NCBI RefSeq assembly: GCF_006345805.1
Contig: NC_043002.1
Coordinates: 60,574,001-60,638,000 of the forward strand
Source: Octopus sinensis
Lineage: Eukaryota
Direction of reading: 5' to 3'
DNA: 64,000 nt
Of this stretch, positions 1 to 13,169 are shown piece by piece. Positions within the stretch are counted from its first letter, which is position 1. The number at the start of each line of letters is the position of its first letter. The notes beneath the pieces were generated by a model that was given only the letters and a program-made list of their open reading frames with translations, searched no databases and had not been told where the DNA came from. The position numbers were made by a program, and so were the translations under genes.

Positions 1-57
1 ACATATATATACATACATATACATATATATACACGCACACACATATATATATATATG

Positions 58-108
<51 letters not shown>

Positions 109-130
109 GTATATACATATATATATATGC
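1..130. repeat. (AT)n/(AC)n compound microsatellite
   Basis: Direct dinucleotide repeat; explains the YI/IY-rich ORF 71..262. Confidence 0.95.
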
Positions 131-1229
131 AGATATAATGATAGATACGTACATATGTGTGTGCGTCTTATGTCTACATACATCCATAATCACGTGTGTA
201 TGCCTTATATGTTCATTTTATTTTATTTTATTTCATCCCCTCTACATTTCAGTTTTGTATAAATTGTGTTGTGTCTTCACATGAACTTTCATTATTTTTC
301 AACAGAGCTCCCCCCCCCACCCACTTCCACAATAATTTATTTTACTTTTCTGTTTTGATTTGTATTTGTTTTTATCCGTCTTCCGGTATTGTTTGCACGC
401 TTATTTTAATTCACTGTCTTTTTTGTTTTTCTCTAGTTTCCGTTTTTTAAAATTTTTTATTCACTTCTCCTTCCGAAACATACGGTGTTGTCAGCTCCGA
501 TAATAATAATGCCAGAAAAATTAAAGAAAAAAAGCAGGTGATTTCAAACACAAGACTAAAGTAATTCAACAAAGCAGTAAGAAAGAAAAGAGCTAAAAAA
601 AAAACTTATATTTCTGAAAATAGAATGTACAAGGTATAGATGGCGCCACTGCTAGGTGTTGTTGGTTTTGTTAATATTTTATTTTTCATAATATCGCTGC
701 TACTGCTTCTGCCATTGCTGATGTGGCTATTTGTAGTTGCTATAGTTGTTGTGGAATTGCAAGCTCGTAACAGAGATTGTGTATTTAGTATTGTTTACAT
801 TTTTCCCGTTTTTCTTAAAGAATATCCATATAGTTATTTTATTTTATTTTATTTTATTATAATTTATTTTCCTTATTCTCGTTCATTTTTGGTATTGACA
901 TTTGCCTTTGCAGACTGCCCTTTCCATTTTAAATTTTTTTTTGCAAAATTAAACAAATACTAAATAAATAAAATCTATTGGAGCTGTTATTAATAGCTTT
1001 TTACTTTGTGTTAGGTTTATTACATCCATTAACAACACTAACAAGAATTTTATAAAACTTTAAAGCAGGGATTGCGTTATGCTAAGATATTAGCAGAAGG
1101 GGTTTATATTAATAAGATGAACGATACATGTCAGATCCCATTCACATTTACAAAACAGAATTTAACAATATTGTGACATAAAAAATCTTGCACAACAAAT
1201 ATATAAATATTGTGACTATTCATACAAAT

Positions 1230-1555
1230 ATATATAGTCCAACAGAAACTCCAGCCAAGATCAGTGAAGTACTGAATGACCTGTTTAAAAGTGCCTTTAC
1301 TACCCCGCTGGAACACAGACAGGTAAACGAACCAGTAGGTTTCTTTGCCGCCTCACCTACAATCAGTGAGGCAGTAACGATGGTTTACATCGACATTAGT
1401 GAAGAAGATATACTACTAGCCATAGTCGACGAAAACTCAACTGCTGGTCCTGATGGTTTCTCAGCAATCCTCCTCAAATCGTGTAAGCGTGCCCTGGCGA
1501 AATCACTGTAGATTCTTTTCCAGAGCTTTCTTGAAAATGGCAGGTGGCCAAGCAA
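1230..1555 (+). mobile_element. Non-LTR retrotransposon ORF2 fragment (region just upstream of RT; CR1/L2/Jockey-like)
   Basis: Translation KISEVLNDLFKSAFTTP...ISEEDILLAI...STAGPDGFSAILLKSCKRALAKSL* matches the LINE pre-RT motif S/AAGPDG..A.LLK.C...L..PL; stop and frameshift follow. Confidence 0.75.
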
Positions 1556-1580
1556 ACTTTATCCAGGGAGCTCCATCATA

Positions 1581-1730
1581 TCACAGCTATGTAGGACATA
1601 CCCCTCTGAGAATACCACATGCACAAATAATAAATGCATAGTATGTAGGATTAACCCTGGCATTAACTGTAGAACTTGAAGTGTAGTCTACAGCATAAGA
1701 TGCACAGAAGGTGCTTGCAAAGACAATCTA
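1581..1730 (+). mobile_element. Penelope-like GIY-YIG endonuclease fragment
   Basis: SQLCRTYPSENTTCTNNKCIVCRINPGINCRT*SVVYSIRCTEGACKDNL; clear nucleotide similarity to 29510-29660, where the YIGET motif is retained. Confidence 0.8.
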
Positions 1731-1771
1731 TAGTAGGAGACATTTGCCCGTGGCTGGGAAGCAAGCTTCTT
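1728..1771 (-). mobile_element. 3' remnant of a family-1 tRNA-derived SINE split by the Tx1-like insertion
   Basis: Minus strand aagaagcttgcttcc-cagccac-gggcaaatgtctcctactatag matches the family-1 SINE head and body seen at 8449, 27040 and 61472, with an internal deletion. Confidence 0.8.
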
Positions 1772-4220
1772 TATTTCATTACATTTGCCATGGAGGCAGT
1801 ACATAGAGTAAAGTAGCTTTACGGGCTGGACGAGGACATTAATGAAATGAATGATAATGAAAGAAAGATGATAAGGATGGTAGAAGACAAAAGGCGCCTG
1901 CCGACTTCTGCTTCTCTAAAACATTGTTCTTTAAAACCAAACACAAAACGAGGTATTAAACTTCTTACAACTTTCACAACTTTTCAATTTTGGACTTAAC
2001 AGTCCATGACAAACAACAACATAGTTCAATAATTACATATAATATAAATACAATACACAAAGCCCCTCCTCCCAGACATGGCTTACACTTCCCTTAGGAA
2101 TGCGCCAGCTCTAGGTCGGAGCTCCTCAAGTCGTATCTAAACATGTCCTATCAAACATCAAAGATACATTATCACTTCTCCCTTCTTCCTCTTTCCGGAC
2201 CTCCAGCCAAATATCTAGCCGCCTGCAGAGCAGACCACGTTGACAGCCGGGGAGTTCAGAAAGAAAGCGAAGTGCCTATTATCAAATGTTTGTGTTACAC
2301 AGTGCCACAATTTATGACTCATCCTCAAAATAACTTGTGCCCGCATCCTCTGCCATCCTCCACGCCTCTACCAAAACCACATCGAGTTCCGTGTTAGCGT
2401 TGCCCGGGAATAATCGATATTCCTCATTGAACTCTTTCAGCTCAAACGTCACGTCGAACGTCGTGGCCTCCACAGCTATCTGCGGAGGCCATTCGGGGTC
2501 CTGTGTGAAGGCTGAAGGTGCTCCCTTATGGTGCTTTTCCATCACCTTTTCAATCTCTCCGCCTCTATGGAAGAAGATCAATATATCGTCTTTCCCCGGG
2601 GGCGGGATATTCAATTATTTCATTGGCGGCACAGTTCCCGCCAATGGTGTTTCTTCTCCTGTCGGTGGCACAACCCCAACCGACGTAGTTCCGGGACATT
2701 CCGGTACTATGTCACCGACTGCCGGCAATGTCCCGTTTCTCTTCCTCTTCCTCTTTTTTTTCTTTTCAACTGAGGGAGAGTGCGTCTCTTCCGTGACCGG
2801 AAGATTCGCCTTTTCCTCCTCATCCCTATGATCCTTTGGTGAGCACCCATCGTTGCTCACCTTCTTCCTCTTTCGGCCCCTGTTTGAGGAGTCCTCCGCT
2901 TCCCCGGTTTTCTTCATTCCCTCTTCTACAGGGGTCTCACTTAACTGCTTCGGGATCTTATTTTTTCCCGGGGACAGTTTGTCTTTATATGGCCGGACTC
3001 CAGGCACTGATGAGACCTGGGGGGGGGGGCCCCTCAAGTATCACCGGGTACCTGCACCCGGCCATTTTCAAAAAATCTGGAAAAACCAGATTGGCTGATT
3101 CGGTCTAAAGGGTCAAAATTGCTTTTGACCCAACCCAAACAGCCGCAGGAAGAACTTTCACATTAAGGAGCTTGGTCCGGCTGCCACCCAGACCTCGGCG
3201 GATAGTCTCCTCTATCCACTCGGGTTTTATCCCGGGTGGTAGCCCGCAGATCCAAGCTTTCGTCAACCTCTTCCCATGATACGTGGAAAGAAATAAAATT
3301 TCCTTATCCTCCAGGGGTTGACTAGCAAATTTGCGAGCCTCTTTAGGGGTGTCAAATAGCAACCACATCGTTGCATATCTGACACCCCTGGAAATGAATT
3401 TGATTGTTGGCAAATACTCTGCCAACTCCTTTTCAATTGCCGTCTTTTCGAATAGGGCGATGGTGTCGAGTGCCTTGGAGTAGGTTCTCAACACCACCGT
3501 CCTATCTTCACGGTCTTTTAACCACTTTTTAGGCGGTATAATCTCCTATTCCAAAATTTTGTCATTTTTCATTGCCATGTTTCTTTTCTTTCTTTTTTTT
3601 AAAAACATATTCAAAATAAAACTTAATAAGCGAGAAGAAAAAAGAAATTAAAAGAAAGTCACAATAAACAAAAAGGAGAAAGTCAAATAAAGTTTAGAAG
3701 AAAGTCAATAGTTCAGGAACACAGCAAAAAAATCTTCTGGCCATTCGGTACTCCCGGCCTAGGTTGAACCCGGAACGCCACAACTGGAACACAATTTTCA
3801 CAAAAATTGATATACAGATTGTTCAATCTTCGGAGGCAAAACACTCCCCCATACAGCAGTTCTCACAATTATTAAAGTTCTTCAAAAGGCACAATACAAG
3901 CAATAATTCTCATACTTAAGTGAGAAAAATATTCACTCAACGTAAACCGAAGACGATCATACGCCCACCAAAAATGAATCCAATAGATTCTCAATGCACA
4001 AAAACAGCAGCCGCCGAGAGCAGGCGAAATTGTCCCAGAGGTGGGCACAATTTACTGAAAAAATATTTCGCACGCAATAAATTATGCCCAGCTCACAATA
4101 AACAATCACCTACCTCGACAAACTTCTCTGTTTTTGTTCTTTTTTTTTCTTTATAGGACCGAGCTCAACGCTCAAGTCCTCACCGTTCTGTGTCAAGAAG
4201 TCGACTCCACGACCGGAACC
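1772..4220 (-). mobile_element. Tx1/L1-like non-autonomous retroelement (5' UTR + ORF1 + degraded 3' end), 2449 bp, with 15-bp TSD
   Basis: Identical ggaagcaagcttctt at 1757-1771 and 4221-4235; internal disrupted ORF1; minus-strand 3' end finishes ...gtaatgaaata directly before the TSD; no APE or RT coding sequence seen. Confidence 0.85.
2312..3578 (-). pseudogene. Disrupted L1/Tx1-type ORF1 (RRM-like N-terminus, degenerate CCHC knuckle, K/E-rich tail)
   Basis: ATG at 3578 in frame with ORF 3105..3497 (in-frame stops near 3548, 3107, 2617); a frameshift at the G-run near 3020 hides R[S]HQCLESGHIKTNCP = CX2CX4HX4C with the first Cys mutated (2974-3015). Confidence 0.8.
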
Positions 4221-4254
4221 GGAAGCAAGCTTCTTACCACACAGCCACTCCTGC
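4221..4254 (-). mobile_element. 5' tRNA-like head of the family-1 SINE interrupted by the Tx1-like element
   Basis: Minus strand gcaggagtggctgtgtggtaagaagcttgcttcc equals the start of intact family-1 copies in this window. Confidence 0.85.
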
Positions 4255-4494
4255 TTCTTATATAAGAAAGAAGGGCGAAAATATCCAGTAGTGTCTGATC
4301 CTTATTTAACAATTGATAAAGTGTAAACTACCGTGCTTAATGTGTATTTCGTTAACCCCAAATTGTGCTAATGATGAAGAGGGACGTATGACGTTTCTCA
4401 CTATGCTAACAACTCAGGATAGATTTCAAGCAAAATAATCCTCCATAATTCAGGATTAAGCTGCTAACGACTATCTCAGACAATGAGAAAAAAA

Positions 4495-5020
4495 TACGAA
4501 GACTGATCAATAAGTATCTGGTCTTTGAGGGGAAATCGTAGAATCACCAGATTAGTTATGGTTCAACATAGAATGTCCAGAGTTGCTACGGTTTGATTCA
4601 GTCCATTATCACTGAAGATTTGCGTATGAGACGCTTGTCTGCCAAGTTTGTGCCAAAACTGGTTTCAGCCGGACAAAAGGACGTTCAGGTTTCAATTGCA
4701 CAATATCTCGATTGCGGTGAGAACGATGAAAACTTTTTGAAAACTTTGGGTATGCCTCTGAACAGGTGTTGCCAAGCATTTGGCAAAATTTGATGAAGTT
4801 TCTCTACTCACCTTTCTCTGTCATGGTCAATGCGACAATCACACGCTGCACACATTCCTTCTAAGCACTGCTGTAATCAGAGGAAGTGAGTCAGAACGTT
4901 AAAACTGAGTGCGCATGCACAACAGTGTTCAAGATCAATCTGTACCGAGTGGCTTTACTCTACGTGCTTTAGTTTCGTTACTATGAAAACAGTCTGGATA
5001 CTTACTGATCTGACTAGGTA
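4495..5020 (-). mobile_element. Internally deleted and partly inverted mariner element
   Basis: Imperfect ~27-bp inverted ends starting/ending in TA; minus-strand IKFCQMLGNTCSEAYPK (transposase N-terminus); plus-strand IQSIITEDLRMRRLSAKFVPKL...DENFLKT (mid transposase). Confidence 0.85.
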
Positions 5021-6316
5021 TGGCATTTTTCTGAACTAAAAGAGAATGGCTTTCTGATGTTAAGGAAAGGCCTAACTTGACGTCGGTAAGTTATATAATG
5101 AGGCTCAGGTGAGATGAAACTTCCAGATGTCCAAAGCAACTGCAGGATTTGAGTTGACGATGTTTATATTCCTTGAAAGTGGATATCAATAAGCAACGAT
5201 TAATTGTTTTCTTGCTGATTGCATTATGGACAATGGATAACTGATGATCTATCGGCAAACACGCAAATAGTTAATTCAAATCTTGAAGTTATTCTCTAAC
5301 ATCATTCCTAGAAAATGAATAATCTATGGGAATGTCTTCTTAGCTGGTAGGTACGGGTTCATATCCAAGAGTAATAATCTAATAGACTGCTATTAGTAAT
5401 ATCGTCACGATATCAACTGCTGCTGTACCACAGGGGACCTATAGATAAAACTAGCCCCCCCCCCCCCCACGCATTGCAGAAGACCTCTGTTTATACACCT
5501 CTAGTTCCTATTATGCATTGTTAGCAATGTCCGGCAAGGGATATATCTCTCTATCTATACAAGAAAAATAGCGTAGCGCAACTCAGAATATCACAGCTAT
5601 TACGAACAAATACTCCTAAATATGTTGGTAAATAAGCATAGTAGATAGCAATCATTTTGTAGGTAATAGCCCGATACCCTTCGTGTAATATGATAGGAAG
5701 AAAACAGTCAATGGATGAACCTCTGTAAGATGCGTGACCCTTAATTTCATTAATAGCTATTGTCATTACAATTATTTGATTCCTAATGAATTTTGTTGTA
5801 GTTCTGGCTATTTCTATGCTTACTTTAGTTATCATGGCACCTGCTTATCGGGCCTGTGCACGAACCTCAGTGAATTCACAACATTTCCTTGAAGCAACAA
5901 GAAAATTTCCCTCAGATTTCAGTCAAGTAAGAACGTTTGGAAAATTGTACACTAGAAGAATGTGACGACATATACAAACCTTCAAAGTTTCTGATAATTT
6001 AAAGAAATTAAACAAGACTATATATCGGTACCTTTATTTACACCTATAGTTGTAAATGTAAATGTATATGTATGTTTGTATACATCTGTTCTCTATATTT
6101 GAACTTTGAGCACAAATCAGTAACTCAACTCAGAGTTACTTCCTTTGCCATCTATTCCTGATGATGGTATAACAAGTCAGAAGTATCTGTATACATCCAA
6201 CAGAGGGTGCTATTAAAATACTTTTCATGAGCGTTGCATGTTCAACAGCAATGAAATTGCATTTCGAAATCAAAATATGGTATAAATGTATATCAATGTT
6301 GCTTCGCTCTACTGCG

Positions 6317-6620
<304 letters not shown>

Positions 6621-6624
6621 ATTT

Positions 6625-6735
6625 ATTCTATTATTTGTTTCAGTCATTTAACTGCGGCCATGTTGTAGCACTGCCTTTAGACGAACAAATCGACCTGAGT
6701 GCTACTTTTATTTTAAATGTAGTACTTATTCGGTC
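6625..6735 (-). mobile_element. Family-1 SINE 3' fragment
   Basis: Reverse complement of the ...ccagcatggccgcagtcaaatgactgaaacaa tail seen at 8780-8820 and 61820-61860. Confidence 0.75.
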
Positions 6736-6909
6736 GGTGCCCACGATGATAGGGAATCATATGAAGACACGAGGCATCAATATATACACTCACAAAAGCA
6801 GACACAGAGACACACACACGTAAACACATGCACACACACAAATACGCACGCACACACACACGCATACACACACTCACACACACATATATATAAACATATA
6901 TATATGTAT

Positions 6910-7270
6910 GTGGAAGTGCAATGGCCCAGTGGTTAGGGCAACGGACTCGCAGTCGCATGATCGCGGTTTCGATTCCAAGACTCGGCATTATGCGTGTTTA
7001 TTGAACGAAAACACCTAGAGCTCAACGAGGCCCCGGCAAAGGGTAGTGGCGAACCATACCGTACTCTTCCACCACAACTTTCTTTCACTCTTTATTTCTG
7101 TTGTACTTGTATTTCAATGGGTCAACATTATCACACTCTGTGTCACGCTGCAATTTCCCGAGAATTACGTTATGTGTGGAGTGCTTACCGGCTTATACGT
7201 TAATTTCGCAAGTAGGCCGTTCCATTGATCGGATTATCTGGAAAACCCTTGTCGTCATAAGCGACAGATT
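6910..7270 (+). mobile_element. Family-2 tRNA-derived SINE
   Basis: A-box-like tggcccagtggttagg and B-box-like ggtttcgattcc; homologous to 8949-9235 (minus), 37440 and 37938. Confidence 0.85.
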
Positions 7271-7309
7271 TCCGCGATATATGTATGTTTGTATGAACGT
7301 CATGTATGC

Positions 7310-7358
<49 letters not shown>

Positions 7359-7572
7359 CTCTCACGATCTCTGGCCAGATTGGAACAGTCTTGAGTATAA
7401 CCAGCTGAAACTGCAAAAGTAATCTGCATTTCGACTGACGAAAGAAAACTCTGAATGACCAATCATTGTCCCTTTTTGTCCCTTTTAGTATCATCTAACT
7501 GCCTGGTTGTTTTGTTGTCGCTGTTGTGTTCTTGTCCCACTTTTTCTATTCGTATATATAAACATATAAACA

Positions 7573-8369
7573 TACATAGGTAATCGTATTTATTTCGTAT
7601 ATTTTCATTTGTCTTGGTTATTTGTTACACTTTGGTTTTGTGCTGAGTTTTTCCTTGAGAACACATTCTTCGTGGAAAATAGCGATTTTGACGTCTATAT
7701 CTAGCATATTGACGGTCCACTTTTAGTGGTCAGTCCTTTAAATTTTGTATGTAAAAATATTTTAATCTTCGGATTTTTTTAATATGCTGGGCCACTGGTT
7801 TTAATTGATTAATATCAATTTCTACCCTTATTCAATTTTAAATAATAAAAAAATGTTCTCTAACCGGTAAATTGACTGCTGTAGTTTATTAACTGTAGGG
7901 TAGATTTCCGATCTCAACGTGCCAAAGTGAAGGCATTTGAAGGATACACATAAGTATAATTTGTTGAACTCCATGCATGCGGGACTCCGGTCAAACGTTA
8001 TGAATCTAGTTCTGGAAATTATGTTTGTATACGACAGACTATGCTGACGAGCTTGCAGATTTTCGCGTATACATATACGTGAATATTAACAAGTGAAACT
8101 GATCGGTACATAGGTAATCGTATATATTTCGTATATCTTCATTTGTCTCGCTTATTTTTTTACACATTGGATTTGTGCTGAGTTTTCTCTTGAGAACAGA
8201 TCCTTCGTGGAAAATAGCGATTTTGACGTCTATATCCAGCATATTGACCGTCCACTTTTATTAGTCAGTCCTTTAAATTTTTAATGTAAAAATTATTTTA
8301 ATCTTCGGATCTTTTTAATATGCTGGGCCACTGGTTTTAATTGATTAATATCAATTTCTACACCTATTC

Positions 8370-8376
<7 letters not shown>
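7573..8376 (+). repeat. Partial tandem repeat (1.5-mer), period 534 bp: 7573-7840 duplicated at 8107-8376, with a hammerhead ribozyme at the junction
   Basis: Two ~270-bp copies alignable by eye with scattered substitutions; both start ta|cataggtaatcgtat. Confidence 0.9.
8028..8124 (+). ncRNA. Type I hammerhead ribozyme (full-length, extended helix I)
   Basis: Helix I ctatg(8039-43)/catag(8109-13) plus distal tatacga(8028-34)/tcgtata(8118-24); core CUGACGA 8044-50; helix II gcttg/caagt; GAAA 8095-98; helix III actgatcggt; GUA cleavage triplet 8106-08. Confidence 0.9.

Positions 8377-8448
<72 letters not shown>
8377..8448. repeat. (TA)n microsatellite
   Basis: Direct repeat. Confidence 0.95.
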
Positions 8449-8450
<2 letters not shown>

Positions 8451-8830
8451 CGCAGGGGTGGCTGTGTGGTACGTAGCTTGCTAACCAACCACATGATTCC
8501 GGGTTCAGTCCCACTACGTGGCATCTTGGGCAAGTGTCTTCTGCTATAGCCCCGGCCCGAGCTATGCCTTGTGAGTGGATTTGGTAGACGGAAACTGAAA
8601 GAAGCGTGTCGTATATATGTATATATATATATGTATGTGTGTGTTTGTGTGTCTGTGTTTGTCCCCCTAGCATTGCTTGACAACCGATGCTGGTGTGTTT
8701 ACGTCCCAGTCACTTAGCGGTTCGGCAAAAGAGAACAATAGAATAATACTGGGCTTACAAAGAATAAGTCTCGGGTGCTCCAGCATGGCCGCAGTCAAAT
8801 GACTGAAACAAGTAAAAGAGTAATGAGTAA
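8449..8830 (+). mobile_element. Family-1 tRNA-derived SINE, near full length
   Basis: ggcgcaggggtggctgtgtggt...ccgggttcagtccc head, internal (TA/TG) tract, tail gactgaaacaagtaaaagag; multiple copies in the window. Confidence 0.9.
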
Positions 8831-8841
8831 TATACAAATAT

Positions 8842-8901
<60 letters not shown>

Positions 8902-8948
8902 TATATACAAATATATATATATATATATATAATATATATATATATATA

Positions 8949-9231
8949 TCACGTGATCACGTGACCGGCCAGACCATCAGATGTGTTACACATCGCTGGT
9001 CACAATGCGTTCCCATTGTTTTAGCCTTCGAATGACGCCACCCCGCTGGCTAAGCGAGCAGAGTGGGAAAAGAGTACAGCAGGGATCACCGCCCCCTGCC
9101 GGAGACTCGTGGAGCTTTTTAGCTCAATAAACACACTCGCTCAATAAACACACACAACGCCCGGTCTGGGAATCGAAACCGCGATCCTCCGACCGCGAGT
9201 CCACTGCCCTAACCACTAGGCCATTGCGCCT

Positions 9232-9235
<4 letters not shown>
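8949..9235 (-). mobile_element. Family-2 tRNA-derived SINE
   Basis: Reverse complement of the gtggaggcgcaatggcc...gattcccagaccgggcgttgtg head. Confidence 0.9.
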
Positions 9236-11060
<1,825 letters not shown>

Positions 11061-11139
11061 GTTACGTTTCGCATGTATTTGCAATATTATGTATATATAT
11101 TCCTGTTCCTCATGTCATAATTACAGCTATTTGTGCTTT

Positions 11140-11430
11140 TGAGAAGTTGTTTATTATTATTAGCTTTATTACCTTTATTATTAGCATTGTTGTTGGTGTT
11201 GTAATTATTATTAATATAATGATCTTCATCATCACCACCATCATCATCATAACCATCATCACCATCATCATCCTCATTTGTATATTTCTGACTATTATTA
11301 TTGTTATTATTAGTTAACCTCCTCCTGCTTTTCCTTCTCCCTTTCACCCTCCACCTCCTCATTATTATTATTATTATTACTATTATTATTATTATTATCA
11401 TAATTATTATTATTATTATTAATATTATTA

Positions 11431-11490
<60 letters not shown>

Positions 11491-11548
11491 CGTTGTTGCT
11501 GTTGTTATTATTATTGTTATTATTATTGTCATCATCATCGTCATCATC

Positions 11549-11599
<51 letters not shown>

Positions 11600-11690
11600 G
11601 TCATCATCATCGTCGTCATCATCATCATCGCCATTATTATTATTATTATTATTATTATTATCATTATTATTATTATTATTATTATTATCA

Positions 11691-11751
<61 letters not shown>

Positions 11752-11765
11752 CATTATTATTATAC
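11140..11765. repeat. Compound (ATT)n/(ATC)n trinucleotide array
   Basis: Direct repeat; source of the poly-I/L/S/M ORFs. Confidence 0.95.
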
Positions 11766-12493
11766 TTATTATCAACATTAACTCCACGCTACTTTGTTCA
11801 CTTGCAATAATGGCTGTAAAAGCATTCTGGATGGAAGTATTTAAAGCGTCCATAAATAATTATTTTTGCTAAATGTTGAAATAAAAATATAAATGAATTG
11901 ATTTTTATGCAGAATAAAAGTGTATAAATATAGTTTGATATGATATTTAAACAGCCATAAAATATCAAATATATGAATTTTTCAATATTATAGATTATTA
12001 CAAATATTATGATAGATGTATAAATACCGTTAGATCTAAATTTACGTGTACATGTGTATTCTATTAAATAGTCTGAATCTCCACTCTCCACAGAAAGTTC
12101 TGTGTTTTTATATTTCTATATTTTTTCCAACAAATTTTTAGAAAAATTTAAGAAAACAGCAGTGTGTGTGTATGCCTGGGCGTGTGTTTGTTTGTGTGTG
12201 TGTGTATGTGTGCGCGTGTGTGAATGCATGTGTGTGTGTCATATTATGTGTATGGCTGTGTGTATGTTTGTGAGGAGGGGATGCCCGTAAAGATGATTCT
12301 AGAAATAGTATATCTTCCCAAGCATCTGTTTGGTTTGATAGTGGCGTCCCTCACTTTCATTGTCTATCCCCCACTTGTTATATAAATATATATATATATA
12401 TATCGATAGATAGACAGATGCAAATAAAAATTCATACTTATATACATGGATATAAATGTAGATGTATTTCTGTACATGTAAATATATATATAT

Positions 12494-12524
<31 letters not shown>

Positions 12525-12680
12525 TATACCTTTGATCAATGCATATAAAATTACATACAGCTTTAATTGATTTTCAAAACCTACTGGGGTTGCATTGGTT
12601 CTACCTACATCAATTTGAAGAATGTATATATATATACGAACACACATGCTGGGTTACACAGACACACAAATACACATATG

Positions 12681-12776
<96 letters not shown>

Positions 12777-12781
12777 ACTAT

Positions 12782-12822
<41 letters not shown>

Positions 12823-12954
12823 GTGTGAAAATAATGCTGCCCAACGGTGGGAAATTTTCTCTAAATGTCCTATCCTTATAATTTTCACACTACAACTTTC
12901 GTAATTTCGAAGCCCTTTCGTACATAGTTTATTTATATATTTATTTATTTATTC

Positions 12955-12955
12955 A

Positions 12956-13022
<67 letters not shown>

Positions 13023-13140
13023 TTTGCTTTACCTTTGCACAAGCTGGTTCCAAGTCTCACCCAGAGACCTCAAGAGACAACAAGCTGGAAGTTCATGTTG
13101 GTTTTATGCCTTGGGTGCCATATATTTGGTTTTGTTCTTA
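12955..13140 (-). mobile_element. 3' UTR and (TAA)n tail of an R4/Dong-type LINE
   Basis: Minus strand ...gggtgagacttggaaccagcttgtgcaaaggtaaagcaaaagtt runs directly into (aat)n; family assignment from recall. Confidence 0.55.
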
Positions 13141-13169
13141 GTGTTGTACTAGTGAATGTCTAAAAAACC

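Noticed and set aside
8949-8964. 16-bp perfect palindrome TCACGTGATCACGTGA (double E-box)
   Set aside because: It is part of a SINE body, and nothing here shows a regulatory role.
11798-12091. 97-aa hydrophobic minus-strand ORF resembling a membrane protein
   Set aside because: Very AT-rich sequence yields I/F/Y/L-rich peptides; no recognisable motif or splice support.
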